The notes beneath the pieces are model-generated. The model did not search any database. It saw only the letters and a program-made list of their open reading frames with translations, and had not been told where the DNA came from. Below are positions 1 through 11,579 of a stretch of 64,000 nt of DNA, piece by piece. Positions within the stretch are counted from its first letter, which is position 1. Each line of letters begins with the position of its first letter. Both the position numbers and the translations under genes were made by a program. This DNA is from Catajapyx aquilonaris (taxonomy: Eukaryota), in assembly GCA_000934665.2 (NCBI GenBank), contig JYFJ02000643.1:1-64000 (forward strand). The letters are read 5' to 3'.

Positions 1-524
1 GTAATGGTACACTTCGCGTGTGTGAGACTGTGGGGACCGACAAATGTCCCCACAATTGGAACTGGTCCCCACAGCTACAGTAAAACCACAGACTTCCATA
101 GGGTTCAATAGGCTACTTCGAATCTTACTTTGTAAACCCCATGGTGACCCAGTGTTAGTAAGTGGAGTTGTTCCCACTGTAGGTTCCCTCTGTGGCTCAC
201 CTTGCATCATAATCGCACCCCTGTGCACCCTGCCACTGACAAGTTGTCGAACCTATACACAAGAATGGAAACCAGTTTAATTTTGAATCATTCACTACTG
301 TAAGAAAGCATCTCAAGAAGAGTGTAGCGATAAGTCATAACTACTACTTCAACAAAGGAGGAGGGCACTCTAGATGAAAGTCTGGAGTGCAAACTTTGTC
401 CCTGGCATTACCTCTAATCCCTCTGGGATGCTGCTGGCCTTTGGGCTAGCAGACATATTCCTGGAATTCTCCCCTCCGCTGTGCCAGCAACGTGGGCCGC
501 CCGGCTCTCCGGCCCCTGCGCCGG

Positions 525-600
525 GCCTATTGCCTATTGTGTGCCTATTGTCGCCTTATGCGCCTATTGTTGCCTATTGTTGCCTTATGTGCCTATTGCC
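525..600. repeat. Short tandem repeat of ~7-11 bp units (GCCTATTGT-like) in a GC-rich patch
   Basis: gcctatt/gcctattgt/gccttatg units repeated about 8 times. Confidence 0.8.
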
Positions 601-1184
601 GATCGCACTTGAGCGCAGCCCGCCATATGCCGCCATCGCCGTACGTCCCGCAGGCCGGCAGCGCCGCCAGGCGGCTGGCCGGGAACTTCACGGCTGTCGA
701 CAGAAAGGATACCGGCTCCCAGGGCACGCATTACATGAGACTGGCGGGTATGCAGCGCTCTTGAGGGACACTCGGAGGGTAAAGCTGCTCCCTGGTACCT
801 GGTGGTCGGAGGGCGAACTAACTGCGTTTACAACCGATGATTGCCATACCCTGAGCCATTGCAATTTTTGGCAGTTGTGTCGTTATTTCCAGTTGTTTCC
901 GAGCTCATACAGGAGAGGACAAGGGAGAGCACCAGTCGAGACCCCAAGCACTACAGCTGTGGTGAAAGGTCAGACCAAAGAGAGAAAGACATCGTGCGAG
1001 TCTTCTCCTGGTCTGCCCGACTGACCACCGCTGTTGCTGCTTGGGTTTGCCTCGGTTTGAAAGGGATCGTGTCCACACGCGTTGCTTATTACGTGGTAAG
1101 TGATGAGCTGTTCAGTTACACTGGTCTTTTATTGAAGTGTCCGTATACTTCATTTTCACTTGCATTTACGATTTACCTAGAACT

Positions 1185-2267
1185 ATGGAAGGTGCTGCCG
1201 GTGGGGAATCCTCTGTGGCATGCAGGTATGTGCAGAGGCAGGAAATACACCTTGTTTGGACCATCGAACACTTCCAACAGAAGATGTTGATTGAGCAGCA
1301 GGACAACAATGAGGAGGAAATGATTCTGACAGCCCCAGTTCAACAAGTCGCCTTTGAAACTCATGCAGTCTCATGCCAATTGAAAGTTCGTTTCCCTTGC
1401 ATTAAAAATGGTGCATATCTAGAGAGACACAGCCTCTCCCTGCATCTTGATGTCGACCTTCCTAGCGAAGACCCAGACCTGATTACTGACGGGGGCCCAG
1501 TGACAATGAGAAGTGCAACTGGCCACGACTACACTTGCAAAGCTTCCCGCCTTTGGAACATAGTAGAGGGATTTACAGAGTTTATCTCCATGAATGAATT
1601 TATGTCACGGAGGGATGACCTGCTTCCAAATGGTACAATGACCATCATCTGCCAAGGGGAATTTGTATTGGATCTTGGCTGTCTCAAAATCCCTGAACCA
1701 AATTTCATGAGCAATATTGAAGGAATATTGCGGTCTGGTATGGGTAGTGATGCTGTTCTGGTCACTCAAGAGAAGGAGTTCCTGGTGCACAGGGTGGTCC
1801 TTCTGGCCCGAAGCCCTGTGTTTGCAGCCATGTTCAACCACGACACCACAGAGAAGAGGACAGGAAGGGTCGTCATTGAAGACATAGATCCTCCAGTTGT
1901 GGAAGCCATGATACGGTTCATCTACATAGACAAGAAACCTCCTAACCTGCCAGAGATAGCGGCCGATCTGATGGTGGCTGCGAGTAAGTACAACATAGTG
2001 AGACTCCAGAACATGTGCGAGCACCACCTGGCCAACACCCTTGACTTGGATGACGTCATGCCTCTCCTGGATTTAGCAATCCACCACAGTTGCCCCAAAC
2101 TGAAAGGGGCTTGCTCCACGTTTGCTGTGCTCAACTACCCTGCACTGAGGAAGTCTCCTTACTGGGAAAGGACCATGTTCCAGGAGTATCCGGATGCTTT
2201 GTATGAGGTGTTTGAGTGCATGCATGGAAAGGACAAAATTGACACTCATGCAGATAGAAACAGGTGA
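1185..2267 (+). CDS. SPOP/Roadkill-like MATH-BTB(-BACK) protein, unit 1; single coding exon, can stop at 2267 or splice at 2264 into unit 2
   Basis: MATH-like N-terminus (WTIEHF...DDLLPNGTMTIIC) and BTB motifs (SDAVLV, VHRVVLLARSPVFAAMF, IEDIDPPVVEAMIRFIY). 5'UTR intron 1096-1180 (GTAAGT...TAG); the spliced junction makes an in-frame TGA just before ATG 1185, fixing the start. Confidence 0.92.
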   Translation: MEGAAGGESSVACRYVQRQEIHLVWTIEHFQQKMLIEQQDNNEEEMILTAPVQQVAFETHAVSCQLKVRFPCIKNGAYLERHSLSLHLDVDLPSEDPDLITDGGPVTMRSATGHDYTCKASRLWNIVEGFTEFISMNEFMSRRDDLLPNGTMTIICQGEFVLDLGCLKIPEPNFMSNIEGILRSGMGSDAVLVTQEKEFLVHRVVLLARSPVFAAMFNHDTTEKRTGRVVIEDIDPPVVEAMIRFIYIDKKPPNLPEIAADLMVAASKYNIVRLQNMCEHHLANTLDLDDVMPLLDLAIHHSCPKLKGACSTFAVLNYPALRKSPYWERTMFQEYPDALYEVFECMHGKDKIDTHADRNR

Positions 2268-2574
2268 GTAGAGGTGCTAGGCAAAGGTGGGGTAAATACT
2301 GGGTAAATATACTGGAGGTAAGAAGAAGAAGTGATGACAAAGGTTATTCACAATGGCACTAATCTATCTATTATATTCACTCATTTGGCACAACTGATCC
2401 AGGCCAATACTCGATGGCTGCGAAAGGTCACTGCTACAAGCCTGAGACTTGCAGATTAGAACTAGGTTGCATTTGGGCCCCTCTTTGTACCCAAGCTGAT
2501 CCACTCCGCTAGGAAAAATATAAACTTTCACATCCAAATGTTGTGATACTTGAGCAGCTGGATTAAAATTTAAG

Positions 2575-3653
2575 GGGTCGAATTTTCGTCTTTTCGCTAG
2601 TAGTGCCTGTTCAGTACTGATTAGTTAGTAACTGCGTAGGCGCTTTTAGCGGTACTGTTTAAAGTGGAATTTTCGTCGTTCTATTAGCCGCTTTTTACAA
2701 ACCAGTACTGTATAGCCTAATCAGTGCTTAATAGTGACAATTGACAGTTGGCGCATGCACATAACAAGCCTTCCTGGCTTCCTGTATAAACAAGTGAAGG
2801 GAGAAGGCGATGATGGACAGTAATGCTACATTGATGAGTAGCCTATGGAGCAGGGTCGCGGGGCCGACGTGGGGCAGTATATCTGAGTCGTGATCTGGGT
2901 CATTTAATATTCCTTGTGCTGTGGGATTTTAGCCACGCAAGTCGGTATAATAGAGGCGGAAGATGTCGTGTGATCCCATGGTGCAGGATGTAAAAGATCG
3001 ACTGCTGACTTCACCAGTACAGGGTGTTCCAAGTTCGTGAGTCGTTTTATTTATAACTAATATCGCCCGATGTAGTTATCTTTTGTAGCTTGTTGCTCCC
3101 TGTTGCTGTTTCCCCAAATTTACTTCCAGGTATGGCAAACTTCTGGGGAGAGGTGATCCTTACAGGTATATTTAAGCAACAGCTATTTAAGTAACTGTTA
3201 TTTTTGCTCTCCGATGAGGGACCATCTGGGACGAGAGGTGCAACAAGCTACAAAAAATAACTACTTCAGGCGACATTAGTGATAAATAAAACAACCAACA
3301 AACCCTGTAGGCCTACTGTAATTATGCAGAGTGGCATAAAAAAGTGCTTGGATGCTGTATCACCCTGTATCTCATGAAGGGATCCAGAAGGGGGAGGTAG
3401 CGCCTCTGCACCCGTAAAACGCGTCGAACTCGACCTACAAGTCAAACAGTCGTCACCGTGTAGGCCATTTCTCATGTGACGAGGTGACTTAGAGACACCC
3501 TAAGGTGTCATTAACCTCACTTCTATTAACTACACAGTTCCATGTTTAGTAGTGCCTAATCAGAAGCACGGAAATTCCATCCGTCCTAAGATAATGGTCA
3601 GAACCTCTAAACAGTGACTAATAGTGGCTAATAGTAAGACGAAAATTCGGCCC
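2575..3653. mobile_element. Degenerate non-autonomous TIR element (PIF/Harbinger-like ends) with a nested MITE
   Basis: Left gggtcgaattttcgtctt (~2575) matches the reverse complement of aagacgaaaattcggccc (~3636-3653); no clean TSD seen. Confidence 0.5.
3020..3307. mobile_element. Tc1/mariner-type MITE, family A copy 1
   Basis: TA|CAGGGT...ACCCTG|TA, internal inverted repeat (gtagcttgttgc / gcaacaagctac); related copy at 48411-48642. Confidence 0.8.
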
Positions 3654-3962
3654 AAGGTTTCCAATAACATAAGCTTGCGCTCACTGTCATCTCTGCAAAT
3701 GAATTTGGCAGAAAAACACAAGAATACAAACAGGTTTGGACATGAACAAAGTTGTTGCAAAAACACATGCTGATCTATCTGAAAATAACTTTTACAGTAT
3801 AATAATGTAAAAATACTCTATGCTCTCACACGCAGGTCTTAATATGTACCAGTAAATGTGTAATCCAAAATATTTGTCTGCCTAATGTGGCTGTTTGTTG
3901 GTATCAAGCTGCTAATTTTTGGGAGTACTTTTGCATGGGTACAATTAAAAGTTATCAAAATG

Positions 3963-4526
3963 CAGTTGACTCCAGATATAACAGCCTGGGTTATAACATA
4001 CGCTCGGTTATGACGGACAAGAAAGGCCGATCCCTGCAAACTTCCATAAGGCCCCGTGTATTTTTACTCCTGATATAATGACAGACTCATTGTCACCTCA
4101 CCTGAGCTATAACTTACCATTTTAAGGCCCCCTTGAAGGGAAAATATGTTGTTTGTGATTATTCAAATACCTTTCCCACACACAGGAAAGCAGAGAATAC
4201 GGGAGGAGGGTGATTTAATAGCATCTGTGACTGATCTAAGATACTCAAAATCATTTTTTTTTGGTACATTTGGCAACAAGAGATGGCAGAAGAATATTAA
4301 TTACTTATTTTTTAGGTCCTGTCTGATTTACGGAAGAGCTAATATTGCATTCTTGTGGATCGTTTTATTAATAAAGCAGTAGTGTGCATTTTAAGCATGT
4401 GGAAAACACAAAACTTTGCATATTCTTTGCGAAAGTGGTCATTTGGTTATAATAGACCTCGGTTATATTATTATAACATACTTTTTTCCAAGTTCCCTTG
4501 AAGTCTGCTATGTCCGGAGTCCACTG
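3963..4526. mobile_element. pogo/Tigger-like MITE
   Basis: Left cagttgactccagatataacag vs reverse complement of right end cagtggactccggacatagcag; TA on the right flank, TG on the left. Confidence 0.65.
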
Positions 4527-5042
4527 TATTATCTGCTAGAGTACATGGACCCACTCATTACAAAGCCTGGAAAGTGGTTCTGTCACTGACCTGAGATGCC
4601 AATTGCTCCAATGGGCCATTGCTAATCGACAAATAGACTTACTTTGCAGTTTACAGAATTGATAATTTGGTTTGGCATAATGTTAGTTGATAATAATTCA
4701 CTGTAACTGTAAGTAACTGTAACAGTAGCTGCTAAGAAATAAGCAACTTTGTGCCAACAATAAGTCATGCCACTTCAACAATTATTTTGGATCACTGTGT
4801 ATACATGCTCATGGATGGTGAAGCAGAGATAAGTGTCAGGAGCTAATTTTGTCTCAGAAATTCAACCAACTTACACGGAGATGTTATTGTAAAGAAAATT
4901 AATCCATCATTGGTACATTCCGATCAGTGCGCCATCAAGGTGCCATCCAAAGTCAAATTGGAAGTTACTTCTTCGAAATGTCTGCACTTTTGCATAATGT
5001 TATCTGTCGCGAGCTATTCAATTAAGTTAAATTAGCAAAATC

Positions 5043-5395
5043 GGGGGAGGCCTGGTGGTGGAGATGGTAACGTCTCGGCGTGCTGTGTGAAAGGTCCCGG
5101 GTTCGTCCCCGCCCGGGAGTTCCCTTTCACCTGCATCAGCGAGGGTCTCTGACAACCTAGCCACCAGGGAGATTGCACATGACCCACACAATTATAGTGT
5201 CAACGCACTTGCACCTGTGTCTCCTCCCCACAAAAATTGTATCTCCGGCTTCTATCCCCACCTAACGTCCTTTCTCCCCTCCACCCGTGACTGAAGATAA
5301 AAGTGAATAAATTTTGTAAGAAAATATGGTGGTGCACCATCCCCCTAAGAGAGCCGAAGGCTCTAGCATGGTGTCGCTGAAAAAACTTTTAAAAA
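5043..5395 (+). mobile_element. tRNA-derived SINE-like element
   Basis: tRNA-like head with A-box-like tggtggagatgg and B-box-like gggttcgtccc; 3' stem-loop (caccat...agagcc-gaa-ggctct...atggtg) followed by an A-rich tail. Confidence 0.65.
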
Positions 5396-5430
5396 TGGGA
5401 AATCAGGCTTACTTTTATTTTTATTTTTAG

Positions 5431-6529
5431 AACAAAGGAAGTTACTGTGGAGGAGGATTCTTTGATGCTATATGAGCAGCGAGAGCAATTCCAGTTTGTG
5501 TGGACAATTGAAGACTTTGAAGAGAAGATGTCGAATGATGGGAAGGACAACAAGGAGCGGGAAAAGATCGTGACATCCCCAGCTCACCCAGTCGCCTTTG
5601 GGAGACATACAATAAGATGTCACTTGAAAGCTCAGATTCCATACCTCAAAAGTGATGTCTATCAGAAGCATGAACGCTTTTGCCTGTACCTTTACTACGA
5701 CCCTGATGACCATGGCCATGATGTGAATTCTCACTCCTACTCAATGACAATCAAGAGTGCAAGCGGTCCTGACTACACCGAGCATTTGCCTCCTGGTAAA
5801 GCTGTTTATTCTTCAGGTTACTTTCCACCATCATCATCAAGGAGATATTTCAAAACTATTTCCATGAATAAATTGAGGTCAAAGAGGGATGATTTGCTTC
5901 CAAGCAACACAATGACCATTATCTGCCAAGGGGAATTAGGCATGGATCTCAGAGAGTTCAAAGTCCATGAGCCTAATTTAATGTGCAATTTTGAAGGAAT
6001 ATTGCAGTCTGGTATGGGTAGCGATGCTGTTCTGGTATCTCAAGGGAAGGAGTTCCAGGTGCACAGGGTGGTCCTCCAGGCCCGAAGCCCTGTGTTTGAA
6101 ACCATGTTCAACCACGACACCACAGAGAAGACGACAGGAAGGGTCATCATTGAAGACATAGATCCGCCAGTTGTGGAAGCCATGATACGCTTCATCTACA
6201 CAGACGAGGAACCACCCAACATGCCAGAGATAGCCCCCGATCTGATGGTGGCTGCGGGAAGGTATGGCCTGGAGAGACTCCAGAAGATGTGTGAGGAAGA
6301 ATTGGCCAGTACCCTCAATGTGGATAATGTCATGCCTCGCCTGAGTTTATCAATCCGCCACAGCCGCCCTCGACTGAAAAGAGCCTGCTGCATCTTCACC
6401 CAGCTAAATTCCAACGAAATGAGGAAGGCTTCCTACTGGGGAAGGAACTTGGTCGAAGAGTTTCCAGAAACTGTGAAGGAGCTGTTAGACTGCCTGAAGA
6501 TTAGGCCTAATATTTATAATTCCAACTGA
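5431..6529 (+). CDS. SPOP-like MATH-BTB unit 2; probably the second coding exon of a fused gene, join(1185..2263,5431..6529), 725 aa
   Basis: Same MATH and BTB motifs; strong acceptor ttttatttttatttttag at 5430; the position matching unit 1's ATG reads AAG; phase matches the donor at 2264. Confidence 0.88.
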
Positions 6530-7244
6530 AGTTAAATTTTGATCCATTTTATATGTTGTGTTTCACAGAACTTTGTGCAATATAACCTTGGATGGAAAAA
6601 AAGTGATTTTTAAGACTTTTCATTCATGTTCCTCTGCTTGTTCAAAAAGGAAATCATAGCTTGGATTGATATGGTTTTCTTACGTGCTCCTCAATATGCG
6701 ATTTTTCATGGGAATTTAAATCAAGAGTTTACACAGGTGAAGATGATATGTACTTGGTAATAAAATGCCCTTTCTGATTAGCTGTTTTCATGCATGTCTG
6801 CGATCATTTCAATCAGCTGTCCGAGACCATTTTCATTCGACCACTTTCATTTTTCGTCTGTTCGAGTCTGATGGTAATTTTAGATTATTATCACTGAACA
6901 GCGTAACACTTATGCTGATCAATAATAATAATAATCACTTACGTTAGTGATGATCAACTGCTCTGGAACAATGAATGCATACGTTATTTCGGGGTCCGCG
7001 CAATTCTACTTCCAATTGAATTATTGCTTTAAAATGGCTTGAATTAAATTCGTTGAAATAATTCGTTAATTGCTGCAGTACATGAAATTAACAAGGAATC
7101 TTCCAACTTTTTAAGCTGAAATCTTATGTCAATGGTACACGAAGAACAATTTTTTGTAATTTAAACTGCCATCTCTGGCATCATTGCAGTAGGCCTGGAT
7201 GTTAAAAAAAAAAAACCTAAACAATGATTTTCTGGCCTAAATAA

Positions 7245-7395
7245 ATTATCCCAAAAACACTTCCTACGGAATTTTTTAAAAAAAGTAACAGCTAGGTGAC
7301 GGATAGAAATTACTTAAACAAGACGGGGCCGCGTAAGAGCTACACCATAAGGGTAAATGTAACCCAGAGGTCTTACTGCTCATTTTACGAAATAA
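7245..7395. mobile_element. Diverged solo arm of the foldback element at 31924-33094
   Basis: Shares attatc(c/a)caaaaac...cctacggaatt...cggatagaaat...gcgtaaga...taaatgtaacccagag with 31924-32080. Confidence 0.75.
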
Positions 7396-7804
7396 AATAA
7401 ATAGATGGTGTATGCAAATGTCGCTGCATCTAATGCATCTATATTATGTAACAAATTTAATCATTATATATGCTCATCTCAACCATACAGCCAATCAATC
7501 AACAATCACCAGCTTCTCAACCATTCAATTAACTTTTCTACAAACAAGCTCATGAAACAATGGATCGAACACTGGGAAATAGATGTAAGTCTATCACGTT
7601 CAAAAAGATTGTCGTCACTGTTTATTTGGGTATTAGGGTCTTTGTTTCTAAGCAACAGAACAATCACGATGGAAAACTGAAGAGAAGATGAACCAACACA
7701 CTTTTCAAGATTAAAGTATGAAAATTACCAGTTACAATAATTTACAGAGTGCCTGACTGCCTGCACTTGAATACAGCTTTAGCATAACTGTAACTATACA
7801 GCAT

Positions 7805-9030
7805 ATGAGCTCAGAGGTAAGTGCCATAACCGTAGTCTAAAAATACCCGTCTAATTTATTGGGACATGCCAAATACTTACGAAATATTGAGATTCTCTAA
7901 TCATCACTATTCATGAGTGCCCATCTTCACGAATTATTTAGACGGAATTTGGTCAGCACTGCAGAGGCATCATGACCAGCAGCAAGTTATATTCCTCCAC
8001 CTACATTAAGATAAAGCATTTTCACTTCGAGTGGACAATCAATGACTTCAGCATCCTGAAGCAAACAGGGTATCTGAATCACTTGAGGTCTGAACCATTT
8101 CGCATGAAAATCGGCGATGACAATACCACTTGGAGGATCGAGATTTGCTATCCTGGTTGGTCAGTAAACTACAGTGCCCCTGATCACCTTTCGTTCTATT
8201 TGAAGTACTACCCGTCGGAAACAGGCAAGAAACGATACATCATCAAGAATGACTATTACATATTGAAAAGCCAAGTAGGAAACGACTGCGCTAAGCATTC
8301 GACAAAGGCCACCATATATGAACGACACGGATTGGGATACCCCAAGTTCATCACGATGGAAAAACTGGAGTCGGAAAGGAGTGACTTTTTACCCAACGAC
8401 ACCATGACTCTCATCTGCAAAGGAGACATCATGACGGGGGTCGAAACTGGCCAGGCCATACCAACAGTGGCCGTAAAGGAGTCCAGGTTATCATTGGATT
8501 ATCAGCACTTGTTGGATTGTGGCGAAGGAAAGGACGCAACGTTGATTGCTGAAGGAAAGGAGGTACCGGTTCACAGGCTGGTTCTTCAAGCTCGCAGCCC
8601 GGTGTTTGAAGCCATGTTCACTCACGACACACTGGAGAAACAGGCAGGCAAAGTTGTCCTAAAAGACGTGGATCCTCCAGTTCTGGAAGCGATGGTGTGG
8701 TACATCTACACGGACCGGGAACCTCCGAACCTCCCAGAAGTAGCCACAGAACTGATGGTGGCAGCGGACAAGTACGACCTGACCAGACTCAAGACCATGT
8801 GCGAGAGACACCTGGCCGGTACCCTGAACGTGGACAACGTGATGTCTCGACTGAACTCGGCCATTTTGCACAACTGCCCCAAACTGATGGAAGTTTGCCT
8901 GATATTCGCGAAGCATCACTTGGAGAAACTGCGCAGGAGCCCCTCTTGGCCGAAAATATTTTTATTAGAAAGCTCTGAAGCCATGCTTGCCCTGTTGAAG
9001 CCAGAGTGCGGCACCACTGTAGCAACGTAA
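7805..9030 (+). CDS. SPOP-like MATH-BTB gene 3; likely join(7805..7816,7942..9030), main ORF 7972-9030
   Basis: MATH (FEWTINDFS, LSFYL, GLGYPKFI, FLPNDTMTLIC) and BTB (VHRLVLQARSPVFEAMF, AADKYDL). ATG AGC TCA GAG|GTAAGT at 7805-7822 is phase 0 and joins acceptor 7941 in frame. Confidence 0.9.
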
Positions 9031-9109
9031 ACCAATATACTGAATTTTTTGTGTCACATTAAAGAAACAAATTACTGTGTGCAAAGTAATTTTATAAACT
9101 CATTGGACT

Positions 9110-9856
9110 GTGTATTTAATTACTATGTCGCCTACCCTGTCGCAAGAAGTCATAAACTGCGTGACGGTACAGTACAGGAAAGTCTATCAGAAAGCTAACG
9201 TGACGGCCAGGGAGTTTCTGCACCCATCGACCATAAATCAAATAGTGACAGCTCAAGATATGTACACTTTCTGCCAGTCCGCTTCTATAGCATCATTCAG
9301 GTTCTTTTTGTAAGTTACAAGGAAATTCAGGCAGCGACTACAAAATTGAAGCAAAGGATGTCTTCAGCAGCTATCACAATCAGGGGCACGCTGCGATTTC
9401 ATAGATTCAGGCCAATCTCTGAAACGCAAATGACAGTGCACTTCCTGTCATCCAGCCAGGACTGTACAGGTGTGCAAGACTTCAATGGAGACATCAGAAG
9501 GGGGAACAGAAGAAGAACAGTGTCGTGTTGGTGATTTTGTCGCGTATGTTGTGACTGACCTTATTTGGGTTGAGCAGATCTCGGAAATATCTCCAGAGTT
9601 TGAGGACTACAACATCACCTTTATGCACAAGGAAGGTTCTAAATACCATTGTCCTCAGAAGGAGGATAGGTGTTGGGTGTCTGCCCATGACATTTTTTGC
9701 CCTGTCCAGTGCAAGTACAACACAATGACTGGAAACTACAATTTGCCTGCTGCTGATGCAGCAAAAATTGAACATTTCCAGAGGAGCCTTAATGCTGAAC
9801 CGTATAGTTGCTATACTGTTGAAGCCAAAGCAGTAGGCACTGGAACTGAAATCTAA
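9110..9856 (+). pseudogene. Degenerate C-terminal fragment of a DNA-transposon transposase (Sola2-like, tentative)
   Basis: Three broken frames giving NQIVTAQDMYTFC...FF, TIRGTLRFHRFRPIS and VGDFVAYV...YNITFM...PQKEDRCWV, a motif order I recognise from arthropod transposase C-termini; superfamily is inference. Confidence 0.5.
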
Positions 9857-10899
9857 TCGGAAACGCCCAGTGACATTAGAGTTCTGATGGAAGAGGTGAG
9901 AGAATATTGAGGGAGGGTGTAGAAAATATGGAAGCTGCCAGGCTAACTTTTATTAAATTGGCTTGCTAATACATACAGTAGTTGTAGACTTGTAGATCAT
10001 CTACACGGTGTATACAAATCTCCACACTTTCAGAACCACCAGCAGTCAACAAGACATTTGTTTGCATAAACTGGTGACAATTAGTTTAGACTAATAATAC
10101 CGATTTTAGTTCATTAGGGAAGGAAGGTGATGTCATATTAACTCGACACCAGGCATGTTTCCTGCTTGCCTTACTCCACAGTTCTACGAGGCATACTGTA
10201 AAATGTTATGTACTAGGATCATCAGAATTTCACTACTTTTCCAAGGAGATTATTTTATGGTTAGATTACCTAGAATTTTCAAAATGGGAGCTAACCATTT
10301 CGCATTTGATACCATTTCACATAATTATCATCCTCAAAATTCCTCGTCACATTACATTCACACCCTTTTTACTGTGAAAATTCATATTAATCATATTGAA
10401 AAAAAAACTGTCACAGTGAGTCAAGAAATATATTAGCCTGATTAAGAGACCAACAATTCTTATTTCTAATAAAATCACTATTTTTCATCATAACAGAGGA
10501 TTCTGTCACATTCAATTACATCCTTTATATTATGCAGCTATAAGAATGCATATATTATAAATAATATCAACAGTGAAGTATCCCTTATTTTAAAAATTGT
10601 CGTCATCATTTTCATACGCGCAAAATATATGCCTCGCAAAATCCTAATCTAAATTTTAACTGCACAACAATAATTCTTTATATTTGAGGGCAAGAACTAC
10701 ATGGCATTTCATTATCATGAAAATATCAATAACATCATCAAACTCTCAATTATTGCAACTTTATTGATATGAACCGTGCTTACTTTCTTGGCTATTTTTA
10801 CTACTCATTAACCCTTAAGACAGTAATACCATGGATCTGAGCAAAGTATCATGTGGTCTTTTGTGACCTCAGGTGGTATTTTAACTATAGTTGACCTCC

Positions 10900-11143
10900 T
10901 CGAAGTCATCCAAATGGGTGGTGAGGGCAGGTGAGTCAGGCGGAGGTTGGGCGAGAAGGGTGGGAAAACCCAAGAAAACCATCCCTGTCATTATGTTGAG
11001 TCGGGAGTTGATGCTACTTTTCCACTTCCTTCGTCCTTTCATCTTTAGGTGTCATTCTGGCAATAGTTTAGGTTTTCCAACCCTCCCCGTCTACCCCCCC
11101 CCCCCGACTAATCTGCTCTCCCCACCCACTTGGACGATTGCGA
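10900..11143. mobile_element. Old, diverged inverted-repeat (MITE-like) element
   Basis: tcgaagtcatccaaatgggtggtgagggcaggtgagtc vs reverse complement of the right arm tcgcaatcgtccaagtgggtggggagagcagattagtc; similarity continues inward. Confidence 0.65.
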
Positions 11144-11273
11144 ATTTTTAATCTTCACTTTTGCAAATAGAAAAGTAATATTGTCTGTTCACTTTCTTAT
11201 TGACTTTTAAAAGTCAATAAGAAAGTGAACAGACAATATTACTTTTCTATTTGCAAAAGTGAAGATTAAAAAT
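11144..11273. repeat. Perfect 130-bp palindrome (65-bp arms, no spacer)
   Basis: Checked base by base; centre tttt|aaaa at 11208/11209. Confidence 0.97.
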
Positions 11274-11579
11274 CACATTGGCCTAGCTTTGGGTTCTATC
11301 TGCACTAGTTTTGTTCATACAAAACCTACGGGAGGATTGAAACAATGTGTCTTTCGCATCCCTCACAATGGTCTTTCCCTAAGCATTCCCAATCTAAATC
11401 CGCATCAAGAGTGCCCCCGAGGAGTTCATAATAACTCAACATTGCAGATTACATGGTGGATCCAGATAACTGGAGGGTCTTAAGCACAAAAATTACATTT
11501 CTTTTTTGTGCGCTTTCATATGCTTTTTCAAATTTCTTAAGTCTGCAAATATCATCTTGCAAATAAGGGAACTGAATGG

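Noticed and set aside
374..1024. 216-aa ORF upstream of MATH-BTB unit 1
   Set aside because: Runs through a GC-rich patch and a tandem repeat, has no domain, and overlaps the probable promoter and 5'UTR
5043..5120. tRNA gene
   Set aside because: A/B-box-like motifs are present but there is no clean cloverleaf, and it continues into a body and A-rich tail; better explained as a SINE head
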